A model generated the notes under the pieces. The model worked only from the letters and a program-made list of their open reading frames with translations, ran no database searches and was not told the DNA's origin. Shown here one piece after another: positions 46,538 through 57,086 of a DNA stretch of 64,000 nt. Numbering within the stretch: the stretch's first letter is position 1; each line of letters opens with the position of its first letter. The DNA lies in NCBI RefSeq assembly GCF_000027125.1, contig NC_017626.1, one strand, 5' to 3'. The DNA is from Escherichia coli 042. Lineage in GTDB: Bacteria; Pseudomonadota; Gammaproteobacteria; Enterobacterales; Enterobacteriaceae. The translations under genes were made by a program, and so were the position numbers.

Positions 46538-46858
46538 ATGGGTAAAACGAACGACTGGCTGGACTTTGATCAACTGGCGGAAGAAAAAGTTCGCGACGCG
46601 CTAAAACCGCCATCTATGTATAAAGTGATATTAGTCAATGATGATTACACTCCGATGGAGTTTGTTATTGACGTGTTACAAAAATTCTTTTCTTATGATG
46701 TAGAACGTGCAACGCAATTGATGCTCGCTGTTCACTACCAGGGGAAGGCCATTTGCGGAGTCTTTACCGCCGAGGTTGCAGAAACCAAAGTGGCGATGGT
46801 GAACAAGTACGCGAGGGAGAATGAGCATCCATTGCTGTGTACGCTAGAAAAAGCCTGA
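46538..46858 (+). CDS. clpS: ClpA adaptor ClpS
   Basis: 106-aa ORF; recognised. Confidence 0.92.
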
Positions 46859-46888
46859 ATGCAGGCATAAAAATTGGGGGAGGTGCCT

Positions 46889-49165
46889 ATGCTCAATCAA
46901 GAACTGGAACTCAGTTTAAATATGGCTTTCGCCAGAGCGCGCGAGCACCGTCATGAGTTTATGACCGTCGAGCACTTGTTACTGGCGCTGCTCAGTAACC
47001 CATCTGCCCGGGAGGCGCTGGAAGCGTGTTCTGTGGATTTGGTTGCGCTCCGTCAGGAACTGGAAGCCTTTATTGAACAAACCACACCCGTTCTGCCTGC
47101 CAGTGAAGAGGAGCGCGACACACAGCCGACGCTGAGTTTTCAGCGTGTACTGCAACGTGCGGTCTTCCATGTCCAGTCCTCCGGTCGCAATGAGGTTACC
47201 GGTGCAAACGTTCTGGTCGCTATCTTTAGCGAACAGGAGTCGCAGGCGGCATATCTGTTGCGTAAACATGAAGTCAGCCGTCTCGATGTGGTGAACTTTA
47301 TCTCTCATGGCACGCGTAAAGACGAGCCGACACAGTCTTCTGATCCTGGCAGCCAGCCAAACAGCGAAGAACAAGCTGGTGGGGAGGAACGTATGGAGAA
47401 TTTCACGACGAACCTGAATCAGCTTGCGCGCGTGGGCGGAATCGACCCACTGATTGGTCGTGAGAAGGAGCTGGAGCGTGCTATTCAGGTTCTCTGCCGT
47501 CGCCGTAAAAACAACCCGCTGCTGGTGGGGGAATCTGGTGTCGGTAAAACCGCGATTGCGGAAGGTCTTGCCTGGCGAATTGTTCAGGGCGATGTGCCGG
47601 AAGTGATGGCTGACTGTACGATTTACTCTCTCGATATCGGTTCTCTGTTAGCGGGCACAAAATATCGCGGCGACTTTGAAAAACGTTTTAAAGCGTTGCT
47701 CAAGCAGCTGGAGCAGGATACTAACAGCATCCTGTTTATTGATGAGATCCACACCATTATCGGTGCGGGTGCAGCCTCTGGTGGCCAGGTCGATGCGGCT
47801 AACCTGATCAAACCGCTGCTCTCCAGCGGTAAAATTCGCGTAATTGGTTCGACAACCTATCAGGAGTTCAGCAACATTTTCGAGAAAGACCGTGCTCTGG
47901 CGCGTCGCTTCCAGAAAATTGATATTACTGAACCGTCGATCGAAGAAACTGTTCAAATCATCAATGGCCTGAAACCGAAGTATGAAGCGCACCACGACGT
48001 GCGTTATACCGCAAAAGCGGTGCGTGCAGCGGTAGAGCTGGCGGTGAAATACATTAACGATCGTCATCTGCCGGATAAAGCCATTGACGTTATCGACGAA
48101 GCGGGCGCTCGCGCACGCCTGATGCCGGTAAGCAAACGCAAGAAAACCGTTAATGTGGCGGATATTGAGTCCGTGGTGGCCCGTATTGCGCGCATTCCAG
48201 AGAAGAGTGTTTCGCAGAGTGACCGCGATACCCTGAAAAACCTCGGCGATCGCCTGAAAATGCTGGTCTTCGGTCAGGATAAAGCCATTGAGGCGCTGAC
48301 TGAAGCCATTAAGATGGCGCGTGCAGGTTTAGGTCACGAACATAAACCGGTCGGTTCGTTCCTGTTTGCAGGCCCTACCGGGGTCGGGAAAACAGAGGTG
48401 ACGGTACAGCTTTCGAAAGCTTTGGGCATTGAGCTTCTGCGCTTTGATATGTCCGAGTATATGGAACGCCATACCGTCAGCCGTCTGATTGGTGCGCCTC
48501 CGGGATACGTTGGTTTTGATCAGGGCGGTTTGCTGACTGATGCGGTCATCAAGCATCCACATGCGGTGCTGCTGCTGGACGAAATCGAGAAAGCGCACCC
48601 GGACGTGTTCAATATTCTGTTGCAGGTGATGGACAACGGTACGCTGACCGATAACAACGGACGCAAAGCGGACTTCCGTAACGTGGTGCTGGTGATGACC
48701 ACCAACGCTGGGGTACGAGAAACTGAGCGTAAATCGATTGGTCTTATCCACCAGGATAACAGCACCGATGCGATGGAAGAGATCAAGAAGATCTTTACGC
48801 CGGAGTTTCGTAACCGTCTCGACAACATTATCTGGTTCGATCATCTCTCCACCGACGTGATCCATCAGGTGGTGGATAAATTCATCGTCGAGTTGCAGGT
48901 TCAGCTGGATCAGAAAGGTGTTTCTCTGGAAGTGAGCCAGGAAGCGCGTAACTGGCTGGCCGAGAAAGGTTACGACCGGGCAATGGGCGCACGTCCGATG
49001 GCGCGTGTCATCCAGGACAACCTGAAAAAACCGCTCGCCAACGAACTGCTGTTTGGTTCGCTGGTGGACGGCGGTCAGGTCACCGTCGCGCTGGATAAAG
49101 AGAAAAATGAGCTGACTTACGGATTCCAGAGTGCACAAAAGCACAAGGCGGAAGCAGCGCATTAA
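46889..49165 (+). CDS. clpA: ATP-dependent Clp protease ATPase subunit ClpA
   Basis: Two AAA+ modules ([16 protein letters not shown]); start [11 protein letters not shown]. Confidence 0.95.
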   Translation: MLNQELELSLNMAFARAREHRHEFMTVEHLLLALLSNPSAREALEACSVDLVALRQELEAFIEQTTPVLPASEEERDTQPTLSFQRVLQRAVFHVQSSGRNEVTGANVLVAIFSEQESQAAYLLRKHEVSRLDVVNFISHGTRKDEPTQSSDPGSQPNSEEQAGGEERMENFTTNLNQLARVGGIDPLIGREKELERAIQVLCRRRKNNPLLVGESGVGKTAIAEGLAWRIVQGDVPEVMADCTIYSLDIGSLLAGTKYRGDFEKRFKALLKQLEQDTNSILFIDEIHTIIGAGAASGGQVDAANLIKPLLSSGKIRVIGSTTYQEFSNIFEKDRALARRFQKIDITEPSIEETVQIINGLKPKYEAHHDVRYTAKAVRAAVELAVKYINDRHLPDKAIDVIDEAGARARLMPVSKRKKTVNVADIESVVARIARIPEKSVSQSDRDTLKNLGDRLKMLVFGQDKAIEALTEAIKMARAGLGHEHKPVGSFLFAGPTGVGKTEVTVQLSKALGIELLRFDMSEYMERHTVSRLIGAPPGYVGFDQGGLLTDAVIKHPHAVLLLDEIEKAHPDVFNILLQVMDNGTLTDNNGRKADFRNVVLVMTTNAGVRETERKSIGLIHQDNSTDAMEEIKKIFTPEFRNRLDNIIWFDHLSTDVIHQVVDKFIVELQVQLDQKGVSLEVSQEARNWLAEKGYDRAMGARPMARVIQDNLKKPLANELLFGSLVDGGQVTVALDKEKNELTYGFQSAQKHKAEAAH

Positions 49166-49188
49166 TCTAATTGTTAGGTAGGTTGGTG

Positions 49189-49228
49189 AAGTCCGTAATC
49201 TCGAAAGAGGTTACGGACTTTTTGTTTG
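49189..49228 (+). terminator. rho-independent terminator of clpA
   Basis: 10-bp stem aagtccgtaa/ttacggactt followed by TTTTGTTTG. Confidence 0.7.
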
Positions 49229-49377
49229 TAGGCTGGGGCGGTGAAAACCCTATTTTTGGAGGTGAAGGTAAGTTGTTGATAATTAATGGTGCTGGAAGGT
49301 AAGAATAAAAAAGGGTGGCAGCAGGAAAATGAGATGATTTTGCTTTATTAACAACGAGCTAAACGTGTAGTATTTGA

Positions 49378-49525
49378 GTTCACTGCCGTACAGGCAGCTT
49401 AGAAAGGCAGAAGACAACAGCGCAAAATGGACATATCGTTCACTGCCGTACAGGCAGCTTAGAAATTCGTACTTAACGAACTGTTGCTCCTCTGCTGGTT
49501 CACTGTCGTACAGGCAGATAAAATG
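49378..49525 (+). CRISPR. orphan type I-F CRISPR mini-array: 3 repeats (last degenerate), 2 spacers of 32 nt
   Basis: Two exact copies of the 28-nt repeat GTTCACTGCCGTACAGGCAGCTTAGAAA plus a degenerate terminal copy; AT-rich leader upstream; no cas genes in the window. Confidence 0.88.
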
Positions 49526-49703
49526 CGAAAAAAGCTCGTACTTTCGTACGCGCTTTTCTTTAAATATGACGGTGAGGGGGGATTGACTCGCTTCGCTCGC
49601 CCTGCGGGCAGCCCGCTCACTGCGTTCACGGTCTGTCCAACTGGCTATCGCCAGTTGTCGCCCCCCGGTAGGGGCTTCTCATCCCCCCTGGAGTGCAATA
49701 TGC

Positions 49704-49737
49704 GAAAAAAAAGCTCGCACTTTCGTACGAGCTCTTC
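49704..49737 (-). terminator. rho-independent terminator of serW
   Basis: Hairpin gagctcgtacgaaagtgcgagct followed by a T8 tract on the minus strand. Confidence 0.7.
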
Positions 49738-49745
49738 TTTGAATA

Positions 49746-49833
49746 TGGCGGTGAGGGGGGGATTCGAACCCCCGATACGTTGCCGTATACACACTTTCCA
49801 GGCGTGCTCCTTCAGCCACTCGGACACCTCACC
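49746..49833 (-). tRNA. serW: tRNA-Ser (88 nt, long variable arm)
   Basis: Minus strand reads GGTGAGGTGTCCGAGTGGCTGAAGGAGCACGCCTGGAAAGTGTGTATACGGCAACGTATCGGGGGTTCGAATCCCCCCCTCACCGCCA. Confidence 0.93.
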
Positions 49834-50086
49834 AAATTGTTTTGCTGCCAAACCTCATGGGTGGCAACGGGGCGCTACTATAGGGAGTTGGAGTAAAACG
49901 GTCAAGAAGAATTTTAATGATAATTATTGTTTGCTCATACTGTAAACAAGTTGTGCAGTATATCTACATCGAGACAAGTTATGGACTTATACTTCCAAAG
50001 TACTTCATACATATCACAAAATAAAAAGGCCGGTTAAACCGACCTTTTACTCGTTCTTTCTCTTCGCCCATCAGGCGGTAAAACAA

Positions 50087-50308
<222 letters not shown>

Positions 50309-50589
50309 ATCCTCTGGGGTATCACTACCGTAATTTGAACCGGCAAGATAATGCCGAAGTTCTGTAAATAAGTAAAGATTTGCGCGCTAAATCGCAACAA
50401 ACAGGTTCGGCACATTACTCCGAAAACACACGGCTAAGCCGCACCAAAAGCGCAACGTATAAGGGAGCGGTGAGATAAACGATGGGCGTTACCTGACGCG
50501 AAAAATTCCTTATCGGCAGCGGGGTAATGAGCGTAACCAACTCTGCGACCGCAATTATAACACTCTGGGGAGAAATGTGCCGAAAACAT

Positions 50590-51294
50590 TCATTCTTGTG
50601 GTGAAAACAAGCACCGTGGTACCCAGAAATTATTCGGCAATCGTCCGAGGCGCATTTGGTTGAGATAATTCAGATAATCCCGGCGGGGAATTTCGAAGGC
50701 ACCAAGCGACGCTGTGTGATCGTTAAGTACCTGGCAGTCGATAAGTTTACCGCCATGACCAAGAAATTCCTCACAGAATACCAGAAGCGCCGTTTTAGAC
50801 GCATTTTCCATCCGGCTGAACATGGACTCGCCACAAAATAGCGTTCCCTGGGCCACGCCGTACATACCGCCGACAAGCTCATCTTCACGCCAGACTTCAA
50901 TAGAGTGAGCATGACCGAGTTCGTGAAGGCGATGGTAGGCTTCGACCACGCCACGCGTGATCCAGGTTCCTTCTTCGCGATCGCTGGCACAGCCTTCAAT
51001 GACCTGACCAAAAGCGTAATTCATCGTGACTCGATAGGGCGAGCGTTTATGAAATCGCTTCATACTACGGCTGATATGCAGTGATTCTGGCCATAGCACC
51101 GCGCGGGGATCGGGCGACCACCAGAGGATGGGGTCGCCTGGAGAAAACCACGGAAAAATACCACGCTGGTAAGCCATTAACAGGCGCGCAGGGCTAAGAT
51201 CGCCCCCCAGTGCCAGCAGGCCGTTAGGCTCACGTAATGCGCCTTCCGGGGAAGGGAAGGCTATTGAATGGCGAGAAAGCTGAACCAGGCGCAT
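50590..51294 (-). CDS. aat: leucyl/phenylalanyl-tRNA--protein transferase
   Basis: 234-aa ORF; synteny and recognised sequence. Confidence 0.9.
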   Translation of the reverse strand: MRLVQLSRHSIAFPSPEGALREPNGLLALGGDLSPARLLMAYQRGIFPWFSPGDPILWWSPDPRAVLWPESLHISRSMKRFHKRSPYRVTMNYAFGQVIEGCASDREEGTWITRGVVEAYHRLHELGHAHSIEVWREDELVGGMYGVAQGTLFCGESMFSRMENASKTALLVFCEEFLGHGGKLIDCQVLNDHTASLGAFEIPRRDYLNYLNQMRLGRLPNNFWVPRCLFSPQE

Positions 51295-51335
51295 GACCGC
51301 AAAACTCCACGCAAGTCGGATCGTTCAATAATAGC

Positions 51336-53057
51336 TTACAAACCCTGCTTGAACTGGTAATAACGCCCCTGTCTGGCAAGCAGTTCTGCGTGAGTACCTT
51401 GCTCAATAATTTGCCCGTTGTCCATCACTATTATTTGTTGGAAACGAGAGAGTCCGCGAAGTCGATGGGTGACCATTAACACCGTTTTCTCATGCATCAT
51501 TTCTGCAAGCAATTCAAGGATCTGACTTTCGGTTGTGGCATCTAAGCCTTCTGTAGGTTCATCCAGCAATACCAGCGGCGCATCATGTAACAGCGCACGG
51601 GCGATAGCCAGACGGCGCAGTTCACCACCGGAGAGCTGGCGTCCGCCTTCACCCAACCAACTGTTGAGACCTGCATCCTCGAGCAGCTTCTCCAGACCAA
51701 CGCGACGCAAGATCTCCGCCAGAGCCTCATCACTACTGCCAGGTGAGGCGAGTAACAGATTATCACGCAGCGTGGCGCTAAACAGATGCACTCGCTGAGG
51801 AACAACGCTGATGGTCTGTCGTAGAGCCGCTTCATTCAGGCTGGCTATGGGGCTATCGTTAAGCAAAATCTTGCCTTGTTGCGGGTCCCATGCGCGGGTC
51901 AGCAGTTGTAACAGTGTTGATTTGCCGCATCCGGTTCGCCCGAGAATCGCTATATGTTCCCCGGCGTTTACCTGAAGAGAAATCCCTTTAAGTGCCTGTT
52001 GGGATTGCTCCGGATAAGTGAATTGAACATCCCGTAACGTCAGCGAAACGCGATCGGCAACACGAGTTTGGGTATCAGGGAAGGTGACTTCCGGTTTTTG
52101 ATCCGTTAAGTCAGTGATCCGAACGGCAGAGGCAATGACTTGCCCCAGATGCTGAAATGCACCCGTTACTGGTGCCAGTGCTTCAAACGCGGCTAACGCG
52201 CAGAAGACAAACAGGGCAATTAACGCGCCGGGTTGAGCATTGCCGCCAACGCCGCCAGACGCCATCCACAGCATCAGGATCACCGCTAACGCGCCAATGA
52301 GCAGCATTATCGCTTGCGACAATGCGGTGAGTTCAGATTGACGACGTTGCGCTTCCAGCCACTGAATTTCGGTATTCTCTAACTGCGTGCGATAACGATC
52401 GCTGGCACCAAAAATGGTCAGCTCAGCTTGCCCTTGCAGCCAGGCCGTCAGTTGTTGGCGATACTGCCCGCGAAGATGAGTCAGATTTTGCCCGGTGCTT
52501 TTTCCCGCACGATAAAACAGTGGTGGCATAAGGAAAAGCGTCAGTAACATAATGCCGCCCAGCGTAAAGGCGAGGGTGAAATCAAGGAAACTTAACCCGA
52601 TTGTCACCACCATAATCACCACAAAAGCGCCCACCAGCGGCGAGATAACGCGCAGGTAAAGATGATCGAGCGTATCAACATCCGCCACCACGCGGTTGAG
52701 CAATTCGCCCTGACGATAGCGCGCCAGTCCTGCAGGGGAGAGGGGCAGCAATTTGCTGAAGGTATAAATGCGCAGATGCTGCAACACGCGGAAAGTCGCG
52801 TCGTGACTTACCAGACGTTCAAAATAGCGCCCGGCAGTACGGGTGATTGCTGCACCACGCACGCCCGCAGCGGGTAGCATATAGTTGAAGCTGTACAGTC
52901 CGGCAACCCCCGCTACCGCTGAGGCCGAGAGGAACCAGCCGGAAAGTGTCAACAGACCGATACTGGCGAGCAGCGTGACAATTGCCAGCACAATACCAAG
53001 ACTTAACATCCATTTATGACGTTTATACAGTGCCAGATAGGGTAGCAAAGCGCGCAT
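51336..53057 (-). CDS. cydC: glutathione/cysteine ABC exporter subunit CydC
   Basis: TM domain plus ABC ATPase (GRTGCGKST). Confidence 0.92.
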   Translation of the reverse strand: MRALLPYLALYKRHKWMLSLGIVLAIVTLLASIGLLTLSGWFLSASAVAGVAGLYSFNYMLPAAGVRGAAITRTAGRYFERLVSHDATFRVLQHLRIYTFSKLLPLSPAGLARYRQGELLNRVVADVDTLDHLYLRVISPLVGAFVVIMVVTIGLSFLDFTLAFTLGGIMLLTLFLMPPLFYRAGKSTGQNLTHLRGQYRQQLTAWLQGQAELTIFGASDRYRTQLENTEIQWLEAQRRQSELTALSQAIMLLIGALAVILMLWMASGGVGGNAQPGALIALFVFCALAAFEALAPVTGAFQHLGQVIASAVRITDLTDQKPEVTFPDTQTRVADRVSLTLRDVQFTYPEQSQQALKGISLQVNAGEHIAILGRTGCGKSTLLQLLTRAWDPQQGKILLNDSPIASLNEAALRQTISVVPQRVHLFSATLRDNLLLASPGSSDEALAEILRRVGLEKLLEDAGLNSWLGEGGRQLSGGELRRLAIARALLHDAPLVLLDEPTEGLDATTESQILELLAEMMHEKTVLMVTHRLRGLSRFQQIIVMDNGQIIEQGTHAELLARQGRYYQFKQGL

Positions 53058-54824
53058 TTAAATCTCCTCCTGACGATGGGCCAGTAATGTGGCGAATGGG
53101 CCACCAGCCACACTTAATTCCGCGTAACGTCCTTGCTCAATAATCTGACCATCCTGCATTACCCAAATGACATCCCAGTCAGCAAGATCTTCTAACTGGT
53201 GGGTGACCATTAACGTTGTCTGGCGCAGAGAGGCGGCATTAAGCGCCTCCATTACGCGCTGTTCACTGTGAGCATCAAGGCTGGCAGCGGGTTCATCCAA
53301 CAGTAATAGCGAACAGGGATTTAGTAATGCTCGGGCCACCGCCACGCGCTGTGCCTGCCCCACGGAAAGGCGGGCAGCCTGGTCGCCAACAGGCGTATCA
53401 ACGCCTTGTGGCAGGAGCGGTAGAAACTCACTGACCCAGGCGTTATCCAGCGCTGTTTGTAACTCGTGTTCGCTGGCATCAGGTCGTGCCAGTAGTACGT
53501 TATCCCGTAGTGTTGCTGCCGGTAATTGTGGGTTTTGCCCAACCCAGGAGAGATGTTTACGCCATGATTCCGGTGATAAATCGCGTAATTCTATCCCGTT
53601 GATTCGTAGCGATCCCTGATATGAGAGAAAACCAGAAAGCGCGTTCAGCAGTGAGCTTTTACCTGAACCGCTGCGACCAACCAACACTGCACGTTGGCCT
53701 GCTGGCAAAGTAAAGTTCAGCGGTCCAGCCAGCGTTTTACCTTCTGGTGATGTAATAAACAGATCCTCGGCTTCAATGGTCACCGGATCGGTTGATGCTA
53801 ATTCCGCCTCACCACGTTGCGGATGGGCGAGCGGGGTTTCCATAAACGTTTTCAGACTGTCAGCTGCGCCAACAGCCTGGGCTTTAGCATGATAAAACGT
53901 ACCGAGATCGCGTAATGGCTGGAAAAACTCCGGCGCAAGGATCAGGGCCAGAAAACCCGCAGCCAGCGTCACGCCAGTATCATAGTGACCAAAATCCAGC
54001 TCGCCGAGATAGGAAAAACCAAAGTAGACCGCCACCAGAGCAATTGACAGCGAGGTAAAAAATTCGAGAATGCCGGAGGATAAAAACGCCAGCCGTAGCA
54101 CTTCCATTGTCCGTTGGCGGAAATCTTCCGAAGCAGAACGAATACTTTCAATTTCAGCTTCACCACGACCAAAAATACGCAATGTTTCCATGCCGCGCAG
54201 GCGATCGAGAAAATGCCCACTTAAGCGAGCAAGAGCGAGAAAGTTACGTCGGTTAGCATCGGCAGCCCCCATTCCAACCAGCGCCATAAACAACGGAATT
54301 AACGGAGCAGTGCCCAGCAGAATGAGCGCCGCAGCCCAGTTAGAGGGGAAGATAGCCACCACAATCAGCAACGGCACCGACACTGCCAGCGCCATTTGCG
54401 GCAGGTAGCGTGCATAGTAATCATGCATATCGTCAATTTGCTCGAGTACCAGCGTCGCCCAGCTCCCCGCCGGTTTACCCTGAATCCACGCTGGCCCTGC
54501 TTGTTGCAGACGGTCGAGAACCTGACGGCGGATGGCAAAGCGGATATGCTGCCCGGCGTGATAACCCACCCGTTCGCGTAACCAGACCACCCATGCGCGC
54601 AGTACAAAGGTCAGAACCAGTAACGTAAAGGGAAGCAGCAGGGCTTCACGGGGAATATTCTCCATAATCATATGTTGCAGAATTCGCGCCATGAACCAGG
54701 CCTGGGCAATGATCAATATGCCGCTCACAAAGCCCAGCAGACGAGAAATATTCAGCCAACGTTGGGAGATGACGCTTTGCTGTTTTAACCAGCGGGTTAA
54801 CTCTTTTTGACGGGATTTATTCAT
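53058..54824 (-). CDS. cydD: glutathione/cysteine ABC exporter subunit CydD
   Basis: TM domain plus ABC ATPase (GRSGSGKSS); abuts cydC. Confidence 0.92.
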   Translation of the reverse strand: MNKSRQKELTRWLKQQSVISQRWLNISRLLGFVSGILIIAQAWFMARILQHMIMENIPREALLLPFTLLVLTFVLRAWVVWLRERVGYHAGQHIRFAIRRQVLDRLQQAGPAWIQGKPAGSWATLVLEQIDDMHDYYARYLPQMALAVSVPLLIVVAIFPSNWAAALILLGTAPLIPLFMALVGMGAADANRRNFLALARLSGHFLDRLRGMETLRIFGRGEAEIESIRSASEDFRQRTMEVLRLAFLSSGILEFFTSLSIALVAVYFGFSYLGELDFGHYDTGVTLAAGFLALILAPEFFQPLRDLGTFYHAKAQAVGAADSLKTFMETPLAHPQRGEAELASTDPVTIEAEDLFITSPEGKTLAGPLNFTLPAGQRAVLVGRSGSGKSSLLNALSGFLSYQGSLRINGIELRDLSPESWRKHLSWVGQNPQLPAATLRDNVLLARPDASEHELQTALDNAWVSEFLPLLPQGVDTPVGDQAARLSVGQAQRVAVARALLNPCSLLLLDEPAASLDAHSEQRVMEALNAASLRQTTLMVTHQLEDLADWDVIWVMQDGQIIEQGRYAELSVAGGPFATLLAHRQEEI

Positions 54825-54946
54825 TGCACGCTTAGCAGGTGAGTTATCAGAATTATTTGCAGAGCAATGTTACAACGAGGAAAAAATAAAGGCGACCCAT
54901 AGTCGCATGGTGTCGCCTTCTTTACTTTTGTTACTGATTTGTAAAA

Positions 54947-56029
<1,083 letters not shown>

Positions 56030-56457
56030 TCAAATTCTCCCGTCATTATCACCTCTGCTACTTAAATTTCCCGCTTTATAAGCCAATTAAATGATGAATA
56101 AACGCCTCTGGTAATGAATATCTGGCATGTTGTACTAAAAATCGATGTTTTGCTTTGACAATCCCCTGGTGTTTTGCGAAAACATTCGAGGAAGAAAAAA
56201 AAACAGTATTCTTATATGCGCATAACCATGCATGTAAATACCATGTTTACCGTGCTAGTGAAATCTACGTATGGCGTGGACAGACGCCATTCGTGATGTC
56301 GATAGCTGCCACAAGGCAACGGTCTTCTCACCGTAGACCCAGGCATTGCGCGCCGTGAATCTTCATGATTTCGGTCTATCGTGACGGGTAGCGACTCTGA
56401 ACAGTGATGTTTCAGGGTCAGACAGGAGTAGGGAAGGAATACAGAGAGACAATAATA

Positions 56458-56952
56458 ATGGTAGATAGCAAGAAGCGCCCTGGCAAAGATCTCGACCGTA
56501 TCGATCGTAACATTCTTAATGAGTTGCAAAAGGATGGGCGTATTTCTAACGTCGAGCTTTCTAAACGTGTGGGACTTTCCCCAACGCCGTGCCTTGAGCG
56601 TGTGCGTCGGCTGGAAAGACAAGGGTTTATTCAGGGCTATACGGCGCTGCTGAACCCCCATTATCTGGATGCATCACTTCTGGTATTCGTTGAGATTACT
56701 CTGAATCGTGGCGCACCGGATGTGTTTGAACAATTCAATACCGCTGTACAAAAACTTGAAGAAATTCAGGAGTGTCATTTAGTATCCGGTGATTTCGACT
56801 ACCTGTTGAAAACACGCGTGCCGGATATGTCAGCTTACCGTAAGTTGCTGGGGGAAACCCTGCTGCGTCTGCCTGGCGTCAATGACACACGGACATACGT
56901 TGTTATGGAAGAAGTCAAGCAGAGTAATCGTCTGGTTATTAAGACGCGCTAA
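56458..56952 (+). CDS. lrp: leucine-responsive regulatory protein Lrp
   Basis: Start MVDSKKRPGKDLDRID inside ORF 56404..56952; 164 aa. Confidence 0.94.
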   Translation: MVDSKKRPGKDLDRIDRNILNELQKDGRISNVELSKRVGLSPTPCLERVRRLERQGFIQGYTALLNPHYLDASLLVFVEITLNRGAPDVFEQFNTAVQKLEEIQECHLVSGDFDYLLKTRVPDMSAYRKLLGETLLRLPGVNDTRTYVVMEEVKQSNRLVIKTR

Positions 56953-57086
56953 CACGGAACAGGTGCAAAATCGGCGTATTTTGATTACACTCCTGTTAAT
57001 CCATACAGCAACAGTACTGGGGTAACCTGGTACTGTTGTCCGTTTTAGCATCGGGCAGGAAAAGCCTGTAACCTGGAGAGCCTTTC

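Noticed and set aside
48329-49162. 277-aa ORF antisense within clpA
   Set aside because: Fully embedded in the opposite strand of the conserved clpA gene; no ribosome-binding site and no recognisable protein features.
49534-49745. An integrase or cas gene next to the serW duplication
   Set aside because: The interval is only about 200 bp with no ORF; the duplication is a scar, not an intact integrative element.
49484-49945. 153-aa ORF spanning the CRISPR-distal region and serW
   Set aside because: Overlaps the tRNA-Ser gene and its terminators; an artifact of GC-rich structured sequence.
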